Part shown: positions 58,030-64,000 of the stretch, one piece after another
Position numbering within the stretch: position 1 is the first letter of the stretch
Layout: each line of letters begins with the position of its first letter
Source of the DNA: Acidocella sp.
GTDB taxonomy: Bacteria; Pseudomonadota; Alphaproteobacteria; Acetobacterales; Acetobacteraceae
Assembly (NCBI RefSeq): GCF_050253495.1
Contig: NZ_JBFWIX010000008.1
Coordinates: 63,189-127,188 of the forward strand
DNA length: 64,000 nt
Reading direction: 5' to 3'
The notes under the pieces: model-generated
What the model was told of the DNA's origin: nothing
Database searches by the model: none
The model's input: the letters and a program-made list of their open reading frames with translations, nothing else
Made by a program: the position numbers and the translations under genes

Positions 58030-58944
58030 GTGGCCTATTTGCCGACGCCGCAGCAGCTCCGTTATTTGGTGATGCTGGCTGAGACGGGACATTTCGGGCG
58101 CGCCGCTTCGGCGTGCGCGGTTTCGCAATCCACGCTTTCAGCCGGCATTTTAGCCCTTGAGCGGGCGCTCGATACACAGATCATGGATCGGGCGGCGGCG
58201 AAGCATCCTGTCTTCACACCGTTGGGGTTGGAACTGGTTGCCAAGGCGCGGATCGCCCTGGCCGCTCTTTCCGATATGGCGGAGACGGCGGATGCGGCGC
58301 GCGCGCCCATGTCTGGTCCATTGCGGCTGGGGATTATACCAACGATCGGGCCCTTTCTGCTACCAAAGCTGATGCCCCAGCTGCGGGAACATTACCGGGC
58401 GTTGAAATTATTTTTGCGGGAGGATCAGACCGAGCGCTTATTGGACCAGCTCGATACAGGGCAACTGGATATGTTGATTTTGGCGCAGCCTTGTTCCTGC
58501 GGCAATGTTGAAACACTAACCTTAGCCAGAGACGATTTTCTTGTGGCCTTGCCGGCGGGACATTTTCTGGCCGCTCGGACCAGCATCGCCATGACGGATC
58601 TCATGGCTGAAAATTTTCTGCTTCTTGAGGATGGGCATTGCCTGCGTGATCAAGTGCTGTCTGTCTGCGGGGCGGTTGTAGGACGGGAGAAAGAGCAGCG
58701 CTTTGCCGCGACATCCCTGCATACCTTGATTCAAATGGTAGCGGGTGGTTTGGGGATCACACTTGTGCCGAGGCTGGCGGTTGAGGCGGGGCTGGTACAA
58801 GGGACGGGGGTTGAGGTACGCAAGCTGGAAGGCTCAAGCGGGTGGCGCAGCATCGCGCTTGCCTGGCGGGCGGGAAGTCCTAGGGCTGGGGAATACAGGA
58901 CATTGGCGCCGCTTGTAACGGAAGCCTGTTGTGTAGCGGGATAA
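58030..58944 (+). CDS. oxyR: LysR-family hydrogen-peroxide-responsive regulator OxyR
   Basis: N-terminal HTH (LRYLVMLAETGHFGRAASACAVSQSTLS). LEDGHCLRDQ contains the redox Cys equivalent to OxyR C199. Located next to ahpCF. Confidence 0.85.
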   Translation: MAYLPTPQQLRYLVMLAETGHFGRAASACAVSQSTLSAGILALERALDTQIMDRAAAKHPVFTPLGLELVAKARIALAALSDMAETADAARAPMSGPLRLGIIPTIGPFLLPKLMPQLREHYRALKLFLREDQTERLLDQLDTGQLDMLILAQPCSCGNVETLTLARDDFLVALPAGHFLAARTSIAMTDLMAENFLLLEDGHCLRDQVLSVCGAVVGREKEQRFAATSLHTLIQMVAGGLGITLVPRLAVEAGLVQGTGVEVRKLEGSSGWRSIALAWRAGSPRAGEYRTLAPLVTEACCVAG

Positions 58945-58977
58945 ACGGATTTGTTTACCCCGCCATGGACGGCTTGA

Positions 58978-59226
58978 TTATGCGGTGGGAGAGTTACGGA
59001 AATATACCTCCACGAGGCCCTTGAATTTCACGGTTAAGGGTTTTCCCTTGCGGTCAACGGTTTTACCGACAGCCACGCGGACCCAGCCTTCGGAAATACA
59101 ATATTCCTCGACATTGTTTTTTTCAGCTCCGTTGAAGCGGACACCGATTCCACGGTCCAATAATGTTTCGTTGAAATATTGGCTGGCTGGGTCTGATGAG
59201 AGGCGGTCAGGTGGGGTATCGCTCAT
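58978..59226 (-). CDS. DUF3297 family protein
   Basis: 82 aa. The pattern PPDRLS...RGIGVRFNG...EYCISEGWV matches my recollection of DUF3297. Confidence 0.6.
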   Translation of the reverse strand: MSDTPPDRLSSDPASQYFNETLLDRGIGVRFNGAEKNNVEEYCISEGWVRVAVGKTVDRKGKPLTVKFKGLVEVYFRNSPTA

Positions 59227-60470
59227 AGTAATTTCCGCAATTTGGTCTTGATTTTTGTAAAGAAAGTGGCGCGTGGAGAGTCGGCCATGGCAATGACGGG
59301 AGCCGTGGCCAAGGTTTTGCCATCAACACTATAGGTCACTGTACCCAGGGTTTCGCCTTTGGTGACACCGGGTACAAGGTCCGCCGTATAGGTGATGTTA
59401 TGCGAGACGGCGTTTTTGGCATTCATGGGAATCGTCACGGTAATGTCGCGGCCGACACTGACGGGAACTTCCCCGCTATTCAGGGCATCGCTCTTTAGCA
59501 AATCGATCTGCTGTCCAGCCGTGGCGATCTGAGCATCCAGAAAGTAACGCTGCCCGTAATCAAGCAGCGATTCGATGGCGGCCGTGCTGGCGGCCCAGGT
59601 AGGGCCGCCGGTGACCACGGCGATGAGGCGCATATTTCCACGTTGAGCCGTGGCATCAATGCAATGGCCGCTTTCCCGGGTGAGGCCGGTTTTCAGCCCG
59701 TCCACGGTGGGATCCTTGAACAGTACAGGATTCCAGCTCCGCTGCTTGATATTGTCGTAGGTGTAGCTTTTCAGCTTGGAAATTTGCAGGATTTCCGGTT
59801 CGTCTTCCAGGATGGTACGGGACAGCAAGGCGACATCCATGGCGGATGTGTGCAGGTTTGGATCGGGCAGGCCTGTTGGGTTTGTGTAGTTGGTGTCGGT
59901 CAGGCCGATTTTGGAGGCTGTCGCGTTCATCATCTGCACAAAGGCGTCTGTGCTGCCGGCCACTTGCTCAGCCAGGGCCACGGCCGCGTCATTACCGGAA
60001 TCGATGATCAGCCCATGGAGAAGTTGGTCAACCGTGACCACTGAATTGGGGTCGATGAACATCGTCGACCCTTCCTGATGCCATGCGTTGACAGAGACGG
60101 GGACAACCTGATTCAGCTTCAAGCTGCCATGCTGGATTGCTTGATAAACCAGATGAGCCGTCATTAGCTTGGTGAGGCTAGCTGGTGGAATTTGCATGTG
60201 CGGGGCGGCTTGAGCGAGGATGGCTCCGGTTTTGGCATCCATCAGCACATAGGCCGTCATGTCTGGAAGTGACGGCGGGGTGGGGGTGGATTTGTCCCCG
60301 GCGGGGCTGCTTGGGACCGGTACGGGCCCGGTTGGAGCCGCTGTCGCGCCGATTTTACCTGTGTCGCCGCCAGAGTTGGAGGCGGTTGAAGGAGGGGTGG
60401 CCAAAGCAGGAGAAGCAATAGCCAAGGATATGGCTAAGGCGGTTCCGGACAGGCCGAACTGTTTCAACAT
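59223..60470 (-). CDS. Serine-type D-alanyl-D-alanine carboxypeptidase (PBP5/6 family)
   Basis: Signal peptide, SxxK motif (PASLTKLMT), SGN motif (DSGND), KTG motif (LKTGLT). Confidence 0.85.
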   Translation of the reverse strand: MLKQFGLSGTALAISLAIASPALATPPSTASNSGGDTGKIGATAAPTGPVPVPSSPAGDKSTPTPPSLPDMTAYVLMDAKTGAILAQAAPHMQIPPASLTKLMTAHLVYQAIQHGSLKLNQVVPVSVNAWHQEGSTMFIDPNSVVTVDQLLHGLIIDSGNDAAVALAEQVAGSTDAFVQMMNATASKIGLTDTNYTNPTGLPDPNLHTSAMDVALLSRTILEDEPEILQISKLKSYTYDNIKQRSWNPVLFKDPTVDGLKTGLTRESGHCIDATAQRGNMRLIAVVTGGPTWAASTAAIESLLDYGQRYFLDAQIATAGQQIDLLKSDALNSGEVPVSVGRDITVTIPMNAKNAVSHNITYTADLVPGVTKGETLGTVTYSVDGKTLATAPVIAMADSPRATFFTKIKTKLRKLL

Positions 60471-60675
60471 GGGCGACTCATACTCCAGGCTTGATGCAGG
60501 CGGAGCCTCTCTGCACCTGTTTGACTTGATCTCGCAAGCGTAGATGAGTTAACGGCATGTAACATCAAGTAAAATCAGATGGTTATAGTTCGAGTTTTAT
60601 GAAGATACGTGCTGTTTCTTGACATCCGGCCCGGTGCGGGTTTGATGCGCCAATCGATTAGGAAACAGGGGTTAA

Positions 60676-61440
60676 ATGGCACGGCGCGAGCAGAATTCCG
60701 GTGGGTTGGTTGAGTTCGTTAAAACCATTGTTTATGCCGGGTTGATCGCCGTCGGCATTCACACATTTCTGTTCGAACCATTTTACATTCCCTCTGGCTC
60801 AATGGTTCCAACCTTGTTGGTGGGGGACTATCTGGTGGTCAATAAATTTGCCTACGGATATTCCCATTTCTCGTTTCCCTTCGCGCCCGATTGGTTTTCG
60901 GGTCGGATTTTTGGGAGTATGCCAAAACGTGGCGCCGTTGTGGTCTTTCGCCCTCCGGGAGCGCCTAATGAAGATTATATCAAGCGCGTGATTGGCCTGC
61001 CTGGGGATACGGTGCAGGTGACCAAGGGCCAGCTTTATATCAATGGAAAGCTCGTGCCACGCGTCGATATTGGCGATTACGTCGATACGAGTTCTGGTTC
61101 CCCCGTCGTCGCGCGCGATTATAAGGAAACCTTGCCGGGTGGGGTTGTTCATTCGATTTTGAAACTAACGAACGGCCCCGAGGATGAAGGGGGCATCGAT
61201 CCCAACAACACACCGCTTTATACCGTTCCTCCGGGCCATTTGTTCGTGATGGGTGATAATCGGGATAATTCGGAAGATTCACGGTTTCTGGACGGTCCCG
61301 TGGGGTATGTTCCGGTGGAAAACCTGATTGGCCCAGCCGTGATTATTTTCTTCTCTATCGATCTGAAGCATCCATTCTGGGAGGTTTGGCAGTGGCCATT
61401 CGAGATCCGCTGGGGGCGGATGTTCCACACCATACGGTGA
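60676..61440 (+). CDS. lepB: Signal peptidase I
   Basis: IPSGSMVPTL (catalytic Ser), YIKRVIGLPGD (Lys), and GDNRDNSEDSR. Confidence 0.9.
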   Translation: MARREQNSGGLVEFVKTIVYAGLIAVGIHTFLFEPFYIPSGSMVPTLLVGDYLVVNKFAYGYSHFSFPFAPDWFSGRIFGSMPKRGAVVVFRPPGAPNEDYIKRVIGLPGDTVQVTKGQLYINGKLVPRVDIGDYVDTSSGSPVVARDYKETLPGGVVHSILKLTNGPEDEGGIDPNNTPLYTVPPGHLFVMGDNRDNSEDSRFLDGPVGYVPVENLIGPAVIIFFSIDLKHPFWEVWQWPFEIRWGRMFHTIR

Positions 61441-62108
61441 CCCGTCTTGAAAAAGCCTCGCTTTTCATGGGGCATGTCTTTCAGCGCCCAGCTTTGCTGG
61501 TGGAGGCGTTGACTCATCGCTCAGCTGCCGGTGCCAAGGGAGTTGGATCAAATGAGCGGTTGGAGTTTATCGGAGACAGGGTTCTGGGGCTGGTCGTCGC
61601 GGAATGGTTGATTGAGCGCTTCCCGAGCGAGCAAGAAGGCAAGCTGGGGCCAAGGCTCGCGGCGCTTGTTTCCAAACCGTCCTTGGCGGCAGTCGCGGAG
61701 GAGCATCTCGTCGGTTCCATGCTCAGTGTGGCACCGGGAGAAGCTAAGCGTGGCGTTAGCACTCAGGCCAATGTGCTGGCCGATGCTGTGGAAGCCATGA
61801 TTGGCGCTTTATACTTGGATGCGGGATTGGAACCCGCGAAAATCTTTGTCCGGCGTGTGTTGGCGCAAGCCGTGGAAGAACAGGCCGCTCCCCCGAAAGA
61901 TCCAAAAACGGCTTTACAGGAATGGGCTTTGAAACGGGCCTTGCCCTTGCCGCATTATCAGATTTTAGAGCGGTCTGGTCCGTCGCATGCCCCGAAATTT
62001 GTCGTCGAGGTCAGCGTTGGCGATGCCAGCGCATCCGCGGCGGCGGGGGCGAAACGGGCGGCTGAACAGGAAGCGGCAAGAGATTTATTGAGGAAGCTGC
62101 CGGAATGA
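61437..62108 (+). CDS. rnc: Ribonuclease III
   Basis: GTG start forms a GTGA overlap with the lepB stop. RNase III signature NERLEFIGDRVLG. C-terminal dsRBD (GPSHAPKF...). Confidence 0.9.
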   Translation: MTRLEKASLFMGHVFQRPALLVEALTHRSAAGAKGVGSNERLEFIGDRVLGLVVAEWLIERFPSEQEGKLGPRLAALVSKPSLAAVAEEHLVGSMLSVAPGEAKRGVSTQANVLADAVEAMIGALYLDAGLEPAKIFVRRVLAQAVEEQAAPPKDPKTALQEWALKRALPLPHYQILERSGPSHAPKFVVEVSVGDASASAAAGAKRAAEQEAARDLLRKLPE

Positions 62109-62998
62109 GCAGATGTGGATTCATAGCCTTGATCGGTGCTCCCAATGCGGGGAAATCGACATTGCTGAACAAACTGACAGGAGCAAAGCTTTCCATTGTC
62201 AGTCCCAAGGCACAGACGACGCGAGCGCGTGTTCTGGGGATCCTGGTTCGTGACGATACGCAGATGATTTTTGTCGATACGCCTGGGATTTTTTCGCCGA
62301 AACGGCGGTTGGACCAAGCCATGGTCGAAGCGGCTTGGAATGGGGCAGGCGAGGCGGATATTCTGCTGTTGCTGTTGGACGCCAAAAAAGGCTTGACCTC
62401 GGATGTTCGGGAGATCGTGACCAAACTGGCGGAGAGGGGCGCTAAAATAGCGCTTGTGCTCAATAAGATTGATCTGGTTGAGCGTCAGAACCTGCTTCCC
62501 CTGGTGCAAAGCATGACGCAGATTGCGATTTTTGAGCGGGTTTTCATGATTTCCGCTCAGACGGGCGATGGCATTGAGGAATTGCTGACGTTTTGCATGG
62601 GTAAGTTACCCGAGGGGGTGTTTTTATACCCGGAAGACGAAATGACGGATGTCCCGGACAGATTGCTGGCCGCGGAGATTGTCAGAGAGCAGATATTTTT
62701 GCAGACGCGAGATGAAGTTCCTTATGGAACCACTGTTGAAACGGAAAGTTTCAAGGAACAGAAGAACGGGTCAATTCGAATTGAGGCTGTTATTTATGTT
62801 GCGCGCGAAGGGCACAAGGCGATTCTGATTGGTGCGCGAGGGGCGAGGATTAAGGAAATAGGGAGCCGGGCCCGCCGCGAACTGGAACGGTTGTTGGAAA
62901 CGAAAGTCGATTTGTTTTTGCGCGTTGTTGAAAGGCCGGGATGGGACGAGGAAGCCGCCAGGATTCGGGCGGCCGGGCTTGAGCTTCCGCGTGGTTGA
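62105..62998 (+). CDS. era: GTPase Era
   Basis: G1 GAPNAGKST, G3 DTPG, G4 NKID, C-terminal KH domain. ATGA overlap with rnc. Confidence 0.95.
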   Translation: MSRCGFIALIGAPNAGKSTLLNKLTGAKLSIVSPKAQTTRARVLGILVRDDTQMIFVDTPGIFSPKRRLDQAMVEAAWNGAGEADILLLLLDAKKGLTSDVREIVTKLAERGAKIALVLNKIDLVERQNLLPLVQSMTQIAIFERVFMISAQTGDGIEELLTFCMGKLPEGVFLYPEDEMTDVPDRLLAAEIVREQIFLQTRDEVPYGTTVETESFKEQKNGSIRIEAVIYVAREGHKAILIGARGARIKEIGSRARRELERLLETKVDLFLRVVERPGWDEEAARIRAAGLELPRG

Positions 62999-63028
62999 AT
63001 GGAAGGGCATGATTGCGGGACTCTCCGC

Positions 63029-64000
63029 ATGGAGAGGGTAGGGGAAGGCAAGGGGGGGCTTCGTATACCGAGTTGGGCCTGGCATGCAGCGGCGTTTCTG
63101 CTGTATGCCGGTTCATCCTTGGCCGTGGGATGGCATGGCGCGAACCTGAATAACGACCTGCTGGGTGGTGGCTCGGATCCGTTCATTTATATGTGGTTTC
63201 TAAAATGGTGGCCGCATGCACTGGCTCATCATTTAGATCCTCTCTTTACTCATTTGGTCTGGCAGCCTGAGGGGTTGAACCTGGGTTGGACGACGTCGAT
63301 TCCAGCATTGGCTCTGTTGGCCTCTCCTTTCACCATTACGATTGGCCCTGTTCTCACATACGATATGCTGATGTTGTCAGCGCCTGTTTTAGCGGCGTTA
63401 AGCGCATATGCATTATGCTTGTACTTAAGCAAAAACCCCTTGGCATCGATTTTCGGCGGCTGGCTGTTCGGGTTTTCGAGCTATGCGATGGCGCATATGA
63501 ATCAGCAATTGAACTTGGAATGGACAGCTCTGATTCCATTATTGGTCTTGCTGGCATTGAAGCGCTTGAATGCGCACATAGGGCGTCTTGCGGCTGTTTT
63601 GGGAATGGGCCTGATTTTGGCCACACAAGCGGGAATATCCCTGGAAATTTTTGCCACTTCAATCGTTATGGCGGCATTCGCATGGAGTTTGGCATGGGTG
63701 ACGTTGAAGAAAGAGAGGGAGCGTCTTGCAAGCTTCGCGGTTGATGCAGTCCTGGCCATACTTTTTTCATGTGTTTTGTTGTCGCCAATGTTGTACGCGA
63801 TGTTCTCGAAACCACATGACATGGCCCTGCCAAAATTATGGCCGGAATTTTTTTCGACGGACTTGGTGAATTTTTTTCTTCCCACCGAATCAACCTTATT
63901 GGGTGGAAAATTTTTTCTGCCCGTTAGCCGGCATTATTCAGGGCTTTTATGTGAGCAGGGAGCATATCTGGGGCTGCCTGTTCTGTTTGTTTTGTGGCGT
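63029..64000 (+). CDS. Polytopic membrane protein of unknown function (possibly a GT-C-like glycosyltransferase), 3' end beyond the window
   Basis: My own translation from ATG 63029 stays open for all 324 codons to nt 64000. It begins MERVGEGKGGLRIPSWAWHAAAFLLYAG...GGGSDPFIYMWFLKWWPHAL and contains many TM-like segments. The ORF is absent from the supplied track, presumably because it has no stop. The functional guess is weak. Confidence 0.6.
   Translation, partial: MERVGEGKGGLRIPSWAWHAAAFLLYAGSSLAVGWHGANLNNDLLGGGSDPFIYMWFLKWWPHALAHHLDPLFTHLVWQPEGLNLGWTTSIPALALLASPFTITIGPVLTYDMLMLSAPVLAALSAYALCLYLSKNPLASIFGGWLFGFSSYAMAHMNQQLNLEWTALIPLLVLLALKRLNAHIGRLAAVLGMGLILATQAGISLEIFATSIVMAAFAWSLAWVTLKKERERLASFAVDAVLAILFSCVLLSPMLYAMFSKPHDMALPKLWPEFFSTDLVNFFLPTESTLLGGKFFLPVSRHYSGLLCEQGAYLGLPVLFVLWR

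Overview
This window is a densely packed, high-GC stretch of chromosome with alphaproteobacterial gene content, resembling Rhodospirillales or Acetobacteraceae; the taxon cannot be verified here. I support about 67 protein-coding genes, many with 4-nt start/stop overlaps, and found no rRNA, tRNA, CRISPR array, transposase or integrase.

Gene order:
- 5'-truncated preA, an M20 amidohydrolase and a NitT/TauT-type ABC importer (reductive pyrimidine catabolism)
- TetR regulator and two crotonases
- gmd plus an rmd-like gene
- 2-hydroxyacid dehydrogenase, host-attachment-like protein, holC, apbC/mrp, htrA, phhB
- A minus-strand run: suhB, Pro-rich OmpA-like protein, MotA-like, MotB-like, 5-formyl-THF cyclo-ligase
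- efp and an 880-aa autotransporter
- ureDABC
- A visibly lower-GC block: NrtR-like regulator, nadABC, bioF-bioC, a crotonase-family hydrolase and an AEC transporter
- MmyB-like regulator and a methyltransferase
- pqiABC, xseA, purD, an MFS transporter, an MsbA-like ABC exporter, a CX5R phosphatase
- hldD-lgt-midA-pgeF-lipoprotein chain
- ubiK, a METTL20-like methyltransferase, sdhCDAB, ahpCF-oxyR, DUF3297, dac, lepB-rnc-era
- An open-ended low-GC membrane-protein ORF that is missing from the supplied ORF track

Most of the window is ordinary core genome, and I see no convincing defence island or mobile element. The items most worth a second look are:
1. An orphan MotA/MotB-like stator pair translationally coupled to a Pro-rich OmpA-like protein.
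2. The AT-richer nad/bio block inserted right after ureC, with no ureEFG anywhere in the window.
3. Two tandem palindromes in front of nadA, likely operators of the adjacent NrtR-like regulator.
4. The unlisted terminal ORF, which sits where recO usually follows era.

All functional calls rest on motif and family recognition by eye. No database search was run, GC statements are by-eye estimates, and start codons are my best choice and may be off by a few codons.
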